Positions 25,040 to 40,059 are shown, numbered from the stretch's first letter. The stretch is 64,000 bases of DNA from the human T2T-CHM13v2.0 reference genome, Homo sapiens (GCF_009914755.1 NC_060925.1), one strand, 5' to 3'. A program made the numbers and translations. Notes: a model not told the origin generated them from the letters alone.

Positions 25040-26491
25040 ATGGAGATGCCGACTTGCCATGAGGCTAATGAAGCTTGTTTTAGAGGCTTTCATTTGTACT
25101 GGTTTTAAGGCTTAAGAGAGGACGTTGCATTATATTCTCTTGGTTAAAAATTTCCAAATGAAGATATTTTATCTGCATATTAATACTCTTTCCCCTTTCC
25201 TCTCTTCCTTCTCCTCCATCATATTTGGAGATTTACTTATGGAAAAACTGAATTTAACATACATTTATTTAGCCTTGGTGGGATACATTTATATGGATCA
25301 TTTCCAAGTAATGTTAAACTCTTGCTAACTCTTTCAGTTTGGAAACAGCATTGAGGAATAGTCCTAATCACCAACATTTGAAAATCCTAACTCACCCTAT
25401 GAAAGTTCAAGGCCAGCATTTACATCAAGATATAAACAAGTACTATGGCTCCTGTCACTGGGAGAATGTCTGCAACAGAGGATTAAATAATAGTTGAAGT
25501 ATATAGACACAGAAGTATTTCAATCATTGTGTGCAAAAGTCTAAGTGACGATGTGTTCCTCATCAATGTCTAAACAGAACAGAAGTTCTTCATGTCAGAA
25601 ATATTAAGCATCAAATAAAATTAGATATGTTATGTGTGTGTACATGTGTGTAAACACATATGTAAATTTGTGTGTGTGATGAATATATTGTCATATATAC
25701 ACACACATATGGTATATATGTAATATAAATCTATTGTAGATAAAAATTGTGCCCAATAGAGTTTATCAGAATTTCAGAATCTTGTTTTGAAAGGCAGAAA
25801 ATGATAACAGTGTTACAAACAATGGATGTGGCTTTATGCATATAAATCATGTTTTATGCATATAACTCTCAAAATTAAAAAGAATAGTCAAGCAATCATG
25901 CTAGAGGCAGGAATAAATTATATCTATTGTCTCTGCATAAAATGATATTACAAAGTTATTGTCATATGAAGAAGTGATCAAAGTTAGTGGTTCCAAAAAA
26001 AGAAAATGCTTAGAAGTATATAAAACACATATTTTTAAGTTATATTAATTTTTCTATACTTTCTGATATTGTTTTATAGTTTTGTTTTTTGTTTGTTTTT
26101 TAGACGAAGTTTCGCTCTTGTTGCCCAGGCTGGAGTGCAGTGGAGCGATCTTGGCTCACCGCAACCTTCACCTCCCGTGTTCAAGAAATTCTCCTGCCTC
26201 AGCCTCCTGAGTAGCTGGGATTACAGGCACCCACCACCACGCCCAGCTAGTTTTTTGTATATTTAGTAGAGATGGGTTTTCACCATGTTGACCAGGCTGG
26301 TCTTGAACTTCTGATCTCAGGTGATCCACCCGCCTCAACCTCCCTTGTTTTATGGTTTTTAAAATTTATATTTTGTCATTTTTTCTCCTTCTAATATTTA
26401 CCTTCATTTCTACTTCTATATACAAACTTTTGTATTTTATCCTTTGTAGTCGACTTTCAAATAGTTCTCATGAAACCTATATCCACCCATG
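25040..26491. mobile_element. Ancient hAT-Tip100-like element (MER115/Zaphod-like) carrying an Alu, inserted in an MLT1-type LTR
   Basis: Left end gccatgaggctaatgaagctt, right end aaacctatatccacccatg. MLT1-like sequence flanks both sides (~24970-25030 and ~26500-26990). Confidence 0.45.
26084..26344 (-). mobile_element. AluSp/Sq, 5'-truncated by ~40 nt
   Basis: tttcgctcttgttgccc and ctcaccgcaacc diagnostics. TSD ttgttttat(a/g)gtttt at 26069-26083 and 26345-26359. Confidence 0.93.
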
Positions 26492-27458
26492 AATAAATAT
26501 AAGTTACTTTAATATCTTTGAGACTGAGAGAACAGTCTGTATTGTCTTGGCTTTAAGGAATGACTCCCAGAAAAAAAGACCACAAGAATAACCAAAGGAA
26601 AGGTAGTTACTACATGTGCTACAATGGGGGAATAGATAATCAAGAAGCTTCTGTTGTAACTGTCATGTCACAGCACACACCATCATGGATGCAATCTAGG
26701 GATCAAAAAGCTACTGCTCTCAACCCTGAAACTGCTTCTCTAGACCCATGATACTCATCATCTGACCCTGGAACTCTACCAAAGAAAAATCCATGTCTCC
26801 GTGATCCGTCTGGGTGGTAAGAAATAGCTGAAACAGAATGACAATGTCCTCTGCCTGAACTCTGCTTTTCAAATAGCACATCTCATTGCCAGAATCCAAT
26901 TCTCATGCAGAATAGTCTATAAGACAGAGTGGGAAATGTTGTTTTTAGCTTTTCAGCTTCCATGGTACAAAAGGACACTAAAAATTCACACTGCTGGCCA
27001 GTCTCATGTTAGCCTATTTCTGGAGCATCTCCTTCAATACAATGCTTCAACATCTTTTAAAATAACAACAGCCATCCTTTGACATCATGCCTTCCTCCAA
27101 CTATAATCTTATTGTTCTGGTGTATTTTATAGAAAAGCGCTTTGAAAAAAGTTTTCTGGACTGTTCCACTTCCACATGCCCCAGATATTCCTCATGTTCC
27201 TCCAATTTGGCTTTGATATTTCTCACTTTATTTAAAATGATTTTGCCAGAAATGAGTCAAGTTTTGTGTTACAAATTTAGTGTCAAATTATTGCTGTGAT
27301 TTTCTCAAATTTTCTGTAAGATTTCATACAGTTGATTACTCCTTTCTCTCAATTCATCTGTTTTTCTATGATATCACATGTCCTTAGTTTTTCTCCTACT
27401 GCATTATTGTCTCTAGTTTTTGTCCTATCTGTTTTAGTTCCATTTTTTGGCTTTTTAA

Positions 27459-27498
27459 ATACACATACACAAACACACACACACGTACACACACACAC
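27459..27498 (+). repeat. Degenerate (CA)n
   Basis: acacatacacaaacacacacacacgtacacacacacac. Confidence 0.85.
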
Positions 27499-29959
27499 CC
27501 ATATTCTCTCATACAAACTTTCTGCTTTTTTGTGGTAAATCCATTTCATTGGGTATACTTTGTCTTATATCTTAGATTACATTTTTCCATTGAATATTTT
27601 ATTTAATAATTTGAATATTCTTCATTTGTAGGAGAGGCTTTTTGTACTAGTCTATTTCGGCTGGGTGGCTTAAGCAATAGAAATGTATTTTCTCGCAGGT
27701 TTCTTTTTGTTTTCTACAGCAAAGTTTCATTAGCTGTGAAAATTGAGGAGATAAAGACAGGCAGTTTTATTCCTATGGCAAACTAATTTTTTGTTTCTTT
27801 TGTGATTAGTAAGTCATTACACCCTACTCACTTCTCTACCTAGCAATGAGTACCTTCAATCAAAGAACAATGTGATAGAAGATGTTTTCTCCCTCTTTAA
27901 GATTCTCATACCATATTTACCTTGAAGTGTGTTAGCATTCCACATTCCTAAATCCAGCTGTAGGGTTGATTCATATGCATATCAACTGCCCCTAAATTTA
28001 TTCTATACTCTTTGTCGTCTCAGATGAATCTATGTTTGATATGTGATTCCATTGACTTGTTGCAAATGAGAACTGATATAATGCCAGGGAAAATGGGCAT
28101 AATATACTTACCACCATCTTAGATATTTCATTCTTCATACTTGTTGTGACAATTAGTGGTTAGATAGGTTATGACTCCTAGTTCTATAACTGGGATGACT
28201 ATCTGTCCTTGGAGCTTTCAGTAACAAGAACCTGCTTTTTTACTATTCTATTCATGTCAAATGAAGCTGTACCATTTTGAGTACATCGTAGACCCTGAAA
28301 TATACATATGTTAGAACTTGGTGTTCTTCCAAATTTTTCATATAATTGAGTTTGACTTATTTCCACAATTGTTCTAAAGTTTCCCTCTGCCTTTCAGATG
28401 GTTTGGTTATTTTTGATTCTGCTAGAGATTCTATCTACTCACTTTAAGTTATTTTCTTAACATACATAAATACTGACAATTTTGATCATTATCTGAAGCG
28501 CGATTTATCTTAAGAAGAAAAAGAAAAGAGAAAAACTCAATTTATCAAAGACTCTAACCAGTGGATCTTATCATATACTATTTATACATTTGTTTAAAAA
28601 TGAAAATTAAAATATTCCCCTCTCATTTATTCCTTTGTCCATTTCAATGCGAATTTTCAAAGGGAGAAGAAATCACATACATGGTTGAAATGCCGTCTTC
28701 AACGAAAATCAGAAACTTCATGTGCAATGATAACGTAAGATATATTTTGAGAGTTGATTTATGGAATTAATATGTACAATAAATATGATAAATTTTCACC
28801 TATCTGGGTGAGTTAAGCAAGACTATGCATGAAAAATCAAAAGGTGTTACTCAACTAATTACAAGTTGAAAGTAGAAATCAGAGATAACCACAGCAAAAT
28901 GGGCTATAAATCAATTACAGGGCTCAATTGAGGGGGGAATCTCCATAGGAAGGGGAGATATTCCTGAATTATGCATAAGGTTGACGGTTGTTGGCTTTAT
29001 TTTGCATTCTGGGTTCCTATTAGTGCACTGTTTACAGGTATATTATGATAGAATTGAAGAATCTTAGATAGAATCTCCTGAATTCATGCACCTTTTTGAT
29101 GCCACGGCATGGCAATTATGACAGTGGAACTAGGAAAGATTTAGCTTGTCACCAAGAAAAAAAAAAAAAGGAATGTGATATATGCATTGAAATAAATGTC
29201 CTGAACATGCTGAGCATTTTATATTTTCCTACTCCAATTGGCCTTCTTGTAGATGTGGGCCATGTCATAAATAAGGTGGTGTTCTAATATATTTTGCATG
29301 CCTTCTGACAATCCCATGGAGACCTTATAGAAAAATGATTCTGTGACAAGAGTTTTTTTCCTCCTTACTTGAATTAGAATCATCAGCAATATTTAACTTC
29401 ATAAAGTCTGTTATACTCACTAAAAATAGTTTTCACTTCATTGAGGAAAGCATTTTTCATATTGCAAAAATATAAGATAATTTTTCATCCCTCAACAAAT
29501 GGAAGACTGTGATGTTTAATCACTTGAAATCACATAGATTACTTAAAGGATGCTTCTATACATATCAAAATATGGAAGCAATGTGGACTCCTTCCAAGAT
29601 AAGGAATATTTAGAAAGAAACTTTCTATCTTTGCCATATATATGTGTGTGTGTGTACATATATACATACTATATATAATTCAGGAGATTGTAAATTTGCT
29701 ATCAAAATTATAGATATTTTATTATTTTTAAAAGTAGTTATATATTTATCAGATGAAATAACCAAATTTTTATTTTTATTGATACCACCAGAGGGTTTAT
29801 GATTCTTTTACCCCAAAAAAAATCTAATTAGTGACTGAGTCTTATCCATTATAATTATAATCATTTCCCCATTCTCTACTTTGTACTTTACTGTTATCTC
29901 TTCATGCTTGAATGTTTATTTAGCAGTTTTAAAAATGAATTATATCATTCCTGTACAGC

Positions 29960-30430
29960 CTAAACTCTCTTCTAGGATAACTTCTTTCTTCTTCTTCAAG
30001 AGCCATTCTCTTTCCATATTGCGATTCATTTTTCATACTGTGATAAGTCAATACTCCTAAAATAAACCTTCTATCATGCCACATCTCGGCTCAAAAATGT
30101 TTAGTTATTTCCTATTGCCTACAGGATAAATTGCACTCTGAGCCTGACACTCAAAGCTTTCAAAAATGAAGACTATATGATCTTCTCAGAGTCCCTAAAC
30201 TCTAAAATGTTAATTCACTCAGGCTAAAAGTTTCAATCACTTAACTCAGAACATACTTTTTAGTCTTCCCACTTTCACATATCTACAGTTGCCACCACTT
30301 TTCTCTTAGCCAGTATAAATCTGAACCATGTTTCAGGAACCAGCTCAGATTTCTTCTCCCCACAGTACATGGTAAGGTGTTCTCTCTATCTTCCAACACT
30401 CTATAGTAATTAATTCTCATAAATTTTGAA
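29960..30430 (-). mobile_element. L2 fragment
   Basis: tatcatgccacatctcggctcaaaa...cctattgcctacaggataaa...gcctgacactcaaagc is antisense L2. Confidence 0.65.
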
Positions 30431-31889
30431 CCAAGCAATAATTTGCTGAATTGAGCTGTTTCATTGCCATTTTAAATAACATTCAGAATATCTAATTTGC
30501 TCTAAACATTTTACATAAGTTAAGTCTCATCTTTCTAATACCTTCAGTGAACTTTACAGGCACTTAGGTATTCTAAAACACCTATTTTTATGTAATACAT
30601 TCAAAAGCAATGCGGCTAACAAATTATTTTACTACAGAGAAGTAAATCACATGGCCATACTATAAAACATAAAATGAGGCACCTACGCTATTATAGGCTT
30701 TGTAGTAATCATAGAATGCATATTTATCCAGCTTATGCAATATATTCAATAGTGCTGTATCACCTTGCCAAATAATCAGAATTAAGCTTACCACTGTTAA
30801 AATTCAACCTCTTATTGTCAAAGGATGAGTTTATTTTTCTATTTTCATGCTCATCATATATTTTGATGAAGCTAGATTGTTCCTGGACAATAAAGAAGCA
30901 GAAATCTTTATTGCTCTTAGGTCCTGTACCTCTGCCTCAAGTACTTGGAATCCTAAGCCAAACTCTGTGATATTTGGTTTTCCTACTTTCTTATTTTTAT
31001 AGAAGGCAAGCCATAGCTCAGGGGATGAGAGTAAGACTGTGGATATAGCTGGAACTCATTATTAATCAGACATCTATATTAACCACAGCCATTAAGCTAC
31101 CGTCCTAGAACTTAAATAAATAGAAGAAAAGCTCCTGCAAATGTACACTGTTATTATTGATTTTCTTGATATTTTAAGATTTTTGTTATAAAACATAAGC
31201 CTTGATGAGAACCATATGAAGAATTTATTTTCTTGAACCAGAAGCAGCTTATCCTTTCCCCAGGATATACCTAAAAAAGAACAAACCAGAATTTACTCCT
31301 TAAACCCTTGGAGCTGAGTTCATTTAAAATAGCCACCCGAGGATTTGGACTTTTCATCTTGACTTCTCCCACCTTACCAATCTTCAGCCTTGTGAGAGTA
31401 AGACAACAATTGGAGAAAAAGAGCTCAAGGGAAGATAGTAACTACTTAACCAGGGGGGTTTAGCTGCCATCCTAGATATGTTGAAAACTCTGATCCCAGG
31501 CACCAAAGCCCATTTAATGTCCTTAATTTTGTCATGTTACCATAGTTCCAACCTTATATCATATAATTATAAGTTATATTATCTATTTATGAGAGTTTTC
31601 TAGTTAGAGTCCTGAGTCTGTTTCATGCATTAGTAAAATTAATCAGAGATTATTGAATATCCACCATATACTATAAATTGATAGATTTTGAGAACACAAA
31701 GTAAAAAAAAATACTGAAGTGCATATATTTCTTATTCTAAATAAAGGGAAAATATACAACACATATTATATAATTTTTATTTTATATTCTACTGCTATGA
31801 ATAAACTACCACAATAATAAGAAATATGAAAGTCCAGATAAATGAATGAGCTAATATTCTTGTGGCAGAATAATATTTGCCATCATCAT

Positions 31890-31985
31890 TATGTAATAAT
31901 AATAAGAAAAATAAGAATAAGAAGAGGAAGAAGAAGAGGAGGAAGAAGGAGGGGAGGAAAAAGAAAAGGAAGAAATAGTAATAAC
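31890..31985 (+). repeat. Low-complexity (AAT)/(GAA)/(GGA) purine-rich tract
   Basis: aataataataagaaaaataagaataagaagaggaagaagaagaggagg... Confidence 0.85.
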
Positions 31986-32027
31986 AAAATTCTACCAATA
32001 AAAAGTAATTATAAAAAATCAAATTGA

Positions 32028-32344
32028 GGACGGGTGCGGTGGCTCATGCCTGTAATCCCAGCACTTTGGGAGGCCGAGGCTGGTGGATCACCAGGTCAGG
32101 AATTTGAGACCAGCCTGACCAACATGGTGAAACCCCGTCTCTACTAAAAATACAAAAATTAGCCGGGCGAAGTGGCGCGCACCTGTAATCTCTGCTACTC
32201 AGGAGGCTGAAGCAGGAGAATCGCTTGAACCTTGGAGGCGGAGGTTGCTGTGAGCAGAGATCGTGCCACTGCACTCCAGCCTGGGCGACAGAAGGAGACG
32301 CCATCTCAAAAAATAACTAAATAAATACATAAAAATGAAAAATA
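32028..32344 (+). mobile_element. AluS (Sg-like), full length
   Basis: ggacgggtgcggtggctc...ccatctc plus A-rich tail. TSD aaaaaatca(a/g)attga at 32013-32027 and 32345-32359. Confidence 0.94.
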
Positions 32345-33093
32345 AAAAAATCAGATTGAGATATTCTTTCAGTAGTTAGCACTGAGAGACAATAAAAAAT
32401 AAAATAATGAAAGAGAAAATGGGGCAGAGTAATATATAAAGAAATCATAGAAACAAATTATCCCAATGGAAGAAAGACTTAAATGGTTTAAGGTCAAGAT
32501 CACAACAACCAACAGACAAAAATTAACCTAATCCACATCTTGACACATAATAGTTAAATTTTAAAGTGCCAAAAGTAGGGAATATATACTGCAAAACTTT
32601 CTATAAAAACGAAAATAAAAATGTTTTAAAAGATTAGAATTCAGTTGATAGCACATTTAACAATTGTCTTTTAATTCTGAAAAACAATATCTTTTATTCC
32701 AGGGTTTGCCTTACAGCCAAAACTATCATTCATATTCGCAACTATCACAAATTGATGCTGAAATATTGGCTTTGTAATGGAGGGATTAGGTTCACAAATT
32801 AAAATCACAAATTGATCTTAGTTTCACTCTATGGATGCTACCAAATATCATTATAATTTTGTGTATGTGATGCAACAAAAAGTGCACAAATCACCCATCA
32901 GTTTGAAGGAAATGAAAGAGATAGAACTATGTTAAACAGTGCCAAAAAGAATGCAAAACTTTCCAAAAAATTATCTATTTCCATCAGTAAAAAACAGGAC
33001 AGAAAGGGAAGATAAAAGGACTGTTAGATAATAGAAAAGGATTGTGCAATGGAAAACCAAAGAGAATGTTGGGTCTTGTTTGGATTTTCATTC

Positions 33094-33381
33094 CTTTTTT
33101 GGGACACGTAGTTTTTTCTGTTGTCCCAGGCTGGAGTGCAGTGGTGCAGTCATAACTCACTGCAGCGCTGAGATCCTTTCTCCTCAGCCTCTCAAGTAGC
33201 TGGGACTAGAGGTGCACACCACCACACGCAGGTAATTTTATTTTGTTTTTTTTAGTAGAGATTAGGTCTCACTGTGTTGCCCTGTTGTCCACGCTGTTCT
33301 CAAACTTCTGAGCTCAAGCAGTCTTCCCTTCTTGGCCTTACAAAGTGCTGAGATTACAGGCATGGGGCACCACACCTGGCC
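33094..33381 (-). mobile_element. AluJ inside an ancient L1ME 3' end
   Basis: J-type cataactcactgcagc and ctgagctcaagc motifs. TSD tggatttt(c/a)att at 33081 and 33382. Confidence 0.9.
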
Positions 33382-33754
33382 TGGATTTTAATTTTAAAAA
33401 TCGGATTTCAAGGGACACTTCAAAGCCAATTTGGGAAATTTGAATGTGAACTGCATAATACATAATATTAAGTAGTTATTCCTAAAATTATTAGATGTGA
33501 TAATAGCCAGGTGACCATATAATTTTCAATATTACTATCAATTAAAGTGACATAATAATAGCAGAAATTACATGACGTCCATGATTTATATTAAAATACT
33601 GTAGATAATTAAGAACTTTAAATTTGTGTAAATGGGATGGTGGGATGGGTAAGAAATGTATAAATAAAGCAAGATTACTAAACTTTTGATAATTGTTGAA
33701 GCTGGGAAATAAGTAGCTTGGCTTTATCGTATTACATCTCTATGTTTCTGTTTT

Positions 33755-34010
33755 TTTTTTTTTTTTTTTTTTTGAGACAGAGTCTTGCTCTGTTGTCCAG
33801 GCTGGAGTGCAGTGGCATGATCTCGGCTCACTACATCCTCCGCCTCCCAGGTTCAAGTGATTCTTCTGCCTCAGCCTCCTGAATAGCTGGGACTACAAGC
33901 TTGTGCCACACCACACCAGGCTAATTTTTGTATTTTTAGTAGAGAGGGGGTTTCACCATGCTGGCCGGGCTGCTCTTGAGCTCCTGACCTCGTGATCCAC
34001 CCACCTCGGC
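33755..34010 (-). mobile_element. AluS (Sc/Sg-like), 5'-truncated
   Basis: Long pure T-tail. Ends at acctcggc. Short TSD ctgtttt at 33748 and 34012. Confidence 0.92.
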
Positions 34011-35789
34011 ACTGTTTTAAAAGTGATTCTCAGCAACTACAACTTTTTTACATTTTAAGAAATTGTTAAAATCCGTCACCTTTGAAACCCCTGAAAGTAA
34101 CCACTATTGTAGGATACATTGCTGAGAAAAGTTTAGTAAACTCAGGGGCAAGAAATAAGATACAAGAAATGATGAAAAAATAATTTAGTAAATTCATAAT
34201 TGAAGAAAAATTGGTTTTCTGGATAAAAATGAAACAAGGTGAGTTGTGTACAATTTAAAAATTCTCACCTACAATTGTTACAATTTTGTAGAGGTGAAAA
34301 TTAAGATTAGAGAAACGCTGTCTTGAAAGTGAATGTAATGATCAAAGGAATAGATGTATAATGCACAACTTTCATAAATAGAAGTGGTCATCAAATGGAA
34401 TAAAAATAAAATAAATAATTGAATAACAGAAAAAAATAAAAACTGAATGGTTCAGAATGTGTACAGAGAGGAAGAATATAAAACTTAAACCATGATATGG
34501 AAAAGAAAAAATAAGAAAACACAATGAATAGAAACATTTCACAAACTACAATGAAGATCAACAGGATGAATTCACCAATTAAATATAGAGTCATCGTTAA
34601 AATCAATGTCAATTTATAGTATATGTACCTAAAATGAAACCACACAAATAATGTGTAAGTAGTGACACAAGACATGTACAAATAGCTTCTAGTTCTGCTT
34701 ACCTTAGGCAATGAACATAAGAAAAAATAATCTATTTTTTATTATTTGAGAGATAGTAATTCATCGCATTTTTAAAGCCTCTGATTCACTAAGAATTTAA
34801 TTCTATGCTGGTTTCCTAGGATGGAGAGGCCACTGTGTTTGTTTGATTGGCCACCTTGAACTGACAGTGCTTAAATCCTTTATGAAGGACATCTTATTTC
34901 ATTCAAATAGCATTTTGAGGTTTACTGCTTTCCAGATTTCCTCTCTATTCTCTTTCTCACCTCTCCTCTCATTCTCACTATCCATACTCTTCTCTTTTCT
35001 CCACCCCAGTCCTTCTCTCTCTCATCTCTTTCATTTCTTAACATCACCAAAAATCTACAAGATACCAATCAACACAGTAGTCCAATAATTTGATCAAAAT
35101 CACATAAATCTTTTTTATTTTAAAGTACAGCCTGATTCACAGCCTTAATCTTCTCCCTCTTACAGTATGCAGGGAGGATGTTCTGCAATAATAATATAAA
35201 GACAATTGTTTCTCAAGTTGGACATATCATTGCTCTTCATTTGTCATTGTAAATCCAAATTGGCAAATTGTAGTGTGTAATATAGACTACCCAGCTTCTT
35301 GGAAATCGTGAAGAACTTTTCTGTATTCAAGGTAATTCAAGGGCTTCCTCTCTTCTGAGTAGTACTAAAAAACATTTATTTAAATATACTATCCAATCAC
35401 ATTCTAGAATACATAATTACATGACACATTTCCTTCAAGCCTACTTATTATTCAAGGTAAAAATTTTCTTAGGAAATCATGAGACTGGGCATGTATCTTA
35501 AGCATATTTGTTTCAAGTTCTATGTCTGATTTTTTAATTATTTAAACAATATTTTCTCCTTCTGTTCTTGATTTCTCATTTAATCTTTTAGTTTAAATAT
35601 CATTTGTTTTTACATCATTGTAATATACATAAAGCCTGTTTTTTTCTTTAACAAAGAAGAAATTAGCAATGCAATAAACCAAATTCTAAGAAAGACCCTT
35701 AGTTTATAATTCTTCTACAGTTAACATCACCCCAAGGATCTATAACTAACGTTAATTAATATTAAGCTATATCTAGGTCTAACTGTTCT

Positions 35790-35965
35790 AATAATAATAG
35801 TTAATACTTATTGGGAGCACATTTTATGCCAGGCACCTTGCCAAGCACTTTACATGTATTAATCTAATTTAATCATCATATTACTTTTAGGTATTATTAG
35901 TATCCTTCTTTCCAAGATGTGAAAATGGAGCAGAGAGATTAACTAATTTACTTCAGGTCACCTAA
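35790..35965 (-). mobile_element. MIR
   Basis: tatgccaggcaccttgccaagcactttacatgtattaatctaatttaatc...gagagattaactaatttacttcaggtcac. Confidence 0.85.
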
Positions 35966-38189
35966 GAAGATTTATGTTATCTTAGTAATATAAATCAGCA
36001 TACTATTTAGTATATCCAAGTGTAACAAATATAATATACACTAATGTTAGGAGGACAACTCTAACCCTTATCATATATAATTTTGGGAGATAATTTTACC
36101 ATAAAAAGAAATAGAATCATGAATGTGCATTTAAAGATCAAATTAAAAGACATTTCTCAGACTAATGCTCTTTGAAGTAATTTTGTTATTCTTTAGTTAA
36201 AAATTCTAATTATAAAACTAAGACATCTAATATTAAGTTCAACAATCTAGAAAATAAAAAAGCAATTACATCAAAAATGAATATATACAATGCCTTTTTC
36301 AAAAGCAGAATAAATATATACCATAGAAATTATTTTTGTACTAAGGAAAGAATAAAATAAATTTCATGGTATGCCACAGAATCAAACAAATTGTTTCAGT
36401 CTGCTGAAGATTGTATTGCTTAAGGTGAAATATTCTATTTTTTGAGAATCTACATTAGAATTTTGTCATAAAGTACAAGAAAACAGAGTTCAGTCAAAGT
36501 CTAATTTACTAAGCTTCTATTTCCCCTAAAATTTAATGATTATTTGTTTACATCAAAATTCTAAGCAGCTACAAAAGTATTATAATATGAAATCAAGGAG
36601 AGTTTTATCCTTTCTTAATCTAAAACTAAACTCTTACCTTAGAAAAACCGATCTGTAACTGTTAATTCTGTGTTTTAAAAAAATGTGTTAAGAAAGGAAG
36701 TAACAGAGAATTATGGAATTAAAATCTTCTTTTAATATTTGGAATGTAAACAACAATTTGGCATGTTGAAATGAGCTTACAATTCCAAAATAATAAGAAT
36801 GGCAATGTGTTGGTAGGTCAGAAAGCAGCAGCTACCATTTGGACTAAATTGAAAAATGAATATTGACCATTTACTAGGAAGACAATGAAAGCATAATATA
36901 ATTTTAGTGTTCTCCTTTCTTTTATGAAAATCAATGGATGATTAAGTTTGTGCAGTTTCAAAATTTAGGATGGATATTAAGTTTCATAACATTTAAAATC
37001 CAAAAATTATGTAACTTGTATTTTTATCACTGAAGAGTCATTTTTAATATTGGAAGTTAATTAAATTTGCTGTTCCAAACCATTAAGTGTAATATCAATA
37101 ACAATTTCTGTTCTCAGAAGTATAACGTTGAAAGTCTAGATAATGAAAGAAAATAAAAGACAGTAACCTTTTTCAAAACCAGAAAAAATATATAGTTGTC
37201 ACCAGTGTCTTTACATTTGTACTTCAAAACTTTGCCAAAAGAGGGCAAACCAAGTCTATAGACCATTTAAAATAATTTTCAATGAATTATTGTCAGGTTA
37301 CCAAAGAAAAAGCTTTTCATTCAGAGATGGTGCTTGATGCCCCAGATTGCCTTAGTATAATGAGGAAGAAAATAAATTACAAATGTTTGTTGACTTTGTA
37401 TGCTAAAGCTGGATGTAATATCTCTATAAATATATAAACTGTGATTAATCATTCAAATTATTTGCCTTCATAATTACTGGGCAAAATAATGTTTGAAAAT
37501 ATTCATAAACTTGGAAGATTGAGAGAATGACATATTTTACTAACAAGCTGAAATTCAGTCTCTATCAGTGTGAGCAAAAAATTGGGAAAGTATGTGTTTT
37601 AGCCTTTTTGAATCAAGAATGGTCATATTGCTTGATTGCTCCTTGTTTGTGCTTGTTGTTATGGAAATATATTAAAATACTTTAGGAAGAGAAATATATT
37701 TATTGAATATGGATAATTCATTTCATTTAGTATTCTATTTTGCCGTATGACTCAGTGTGACAAGAATAAATTAACCCTAATAAATTAATCAATATCAATG
37801 TTTTCATCCAGGTATACAAGTAAAGTAAAGTTTTTAAATATATACAAATTTGGGGAATGAGAATCAAAGTAATAACTTGAACAACCAGAAATCTGAGATT
37901 ATGAATGATGTCTTTGTATAAACCAGTATTTTCTTTACCAAACCATGAATAATTCTTATAACTCAGACTTATCTATTCACTGAGAACATTCTGAATTCAA
38001 AGGAGTATATTTTAACAATAGTTTTATTATGTAAAATTCACATATTATGTTATGCCCCCTTTAAAACGGTACAATTCAATGCTTTGTAGTGTGTCCACAG
38101 ATACGTGCAGCTAACACCACAGTCAATTTTAAAACATTTTCATCACCACAATGAAAGCCTGTTACACTTTACCTATCATTCCTCTAAAC

Positions 38190-38531
38190 CAGGGGTCCCC
38201 AACCCCCAGGCCACAGACTGGTACTGGTCCATAACCTGTTAGGAACTAGGCCACACAGCAGGAGCTGACGAACTAGCATCACCGCCTGAGTTCCAGCGCC
38301 TGTCAAATCAGCAGCGGCATTAGGTGCGCAACAGGAGCACAAACCCTACTGTAAACTGTGTGAGTAGGAAGCTAGGTTGTGTGCTACTTATGGGAATCTA
38401 GCTAATGCTGCATGATCTGAGGTGGAAGTTTCAAACAGAAACCATTCCCTCCCTCTCCACCCCGCTGTCCATGGAAAAATTGCCTTCCACGAAACCGGTC
38501 CTCTGTACCCCAAAAAGTTTGGGGATTGCTG
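38190..38531 (+). mobile_element. MER1B hAT-Charlie element
   Basis: caggggtccccaacccc...aaagtttggggattgctg. Perfect 8-bp TSD ctctaaac at 38182-38189 and 38532-38539. Confidence 0.93.
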
Positions 38532-38757
38532 CTCTAAACCCTCAATACTCCTAAGGAACACAGTAAGCAACCACTTATCTACTTTCTGTCTCTACGGATA
38601 TCCTTCTTCTGAACTTTATTTCCAAGATGGCATATAGTATGCTATATTTTGTGACTGGCTTTTTTCATTTAGCATAATATTTTTAAGGTTTATTGATGTG
38701 GCATGTTTCAGTACTTCATTCCTTTTTGTGGTTGAGTAATATTCCATTTATGGATTT

Positions 38758-39040
38758 TTTTTTTTCCCTCTTGACGCCCAGGCTGGAGTGCAATGCACGA
38801 TCTCGGTTCACTGAAACCTCCGCCTCCCGGGTTCAAGTGATTCTCCTGCCTCAGTCTCCTGAGTAACTGGGATTACAAGGGCCTGCCACCACACGCAGCT
38901 ACTTTTTTTTGTTTGTTTTTAGTAGAGACCGGGTTTCATCATGTTGGCCAGGCTGGTCTTGAACTCCTGACCTCAGGTGATCCACTCGCCTCAGTCTCCC
39001 AAAGTGTTGGGATTACAGGCATGAACTACAGCACCCAGCC
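38758..39040 (-). mobile_element. AluSq/Sp-like
   Basis: Antisense Alu with a 14-bp TSD ccatttatggattt at 38744-38757 and 39041-39054. Confidence 0.94.
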
Positions 39041-40059
39041 CCATTTATGGATTTACCATGTGTTTGTTTATCTTTTTCTCTGTTGATGAACATTTGAGTT
39101 GTTTCCAAATATTGTCTATTATGTATAATTCTTGTATAAATACTTGGGTACAAATTTTTTTGTGTGTATATATATTCGTTTTTTTTCAGTATATACCTAA
39201 AAGTGGAATTGCCGGGTTATATGGTAACTCTAGATTTACTCATTTAAGGAGCTGCCAGACTATTTTCCAAATTGACAGCACCATTTTACTGTCCACTGAC
39301 AATGTGTGAGGGTTCTGATATCTCCATGTCCACACCAACATTTTCATCTCACTTCTTAATTTCAGCCATTCTAGTGTTTGGTAAGTGGTGACACATGTTT
39401 TTGATTTATATTTCCCTGATGACTAACAACTAGAGCATATTTTCATGAGATTATTATATTTGCATATTTTCCTTAGAGAAATGTCTATTCAGAATCTTTG
39501 CCCATTTTTTAGTTAGGAAATTGTCTTTTTATTACAGAGTTCTAAGTGTTTGTCATACATTTGAAATACAATTTGTCTGTCAGATATATGATTGGCAAAT
39601 ATTTTCTACCATTTTGTGGTTTGGTTTTTCACTTTCTTGATGGTGTCCTTTGAATTACAAAAATTTTTAATTTTGATGAAATCCAATTTACCTATATTGT
39701 TCTTTCTTTTGAAGCTCATGTTTTTGTTTCCATATTTAAGAATTCTTTGCCAGGTCCATGGTTATGAAAATACCATATCTTTTCTTCTACGACTCTTAGA
39801 CTTTTAGTTATTACGTTTAGGTTGTTGATTTATTTTGAGTTAATTTTTTTTATATGGAGTGACTTAGGATCCAACTTTATTTTGCATTTGACTACACAGT
39901 TTCCAGTTGTCCCAACTGGAGCAACTCAACCGTTTGTTCAAAGCCTATTCTTTTTCCCATTGAATTGTCTTGGCACTCTTGTCAAAATTCACTTAACCAT
40001 ATATGTATTGGTTTATTTCTGCACTTTTGTTTCTATTTCATTGATCTACATGCCTATCC

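Noticed and set aside
27680-28400. Strong-looking splice acceptors (ttttctacag at ~27719, cctttcag at ~28398)
   Set aside because: Such motifs are common in T-rich DNA, and no exon or ORF can be supported without transcript data.
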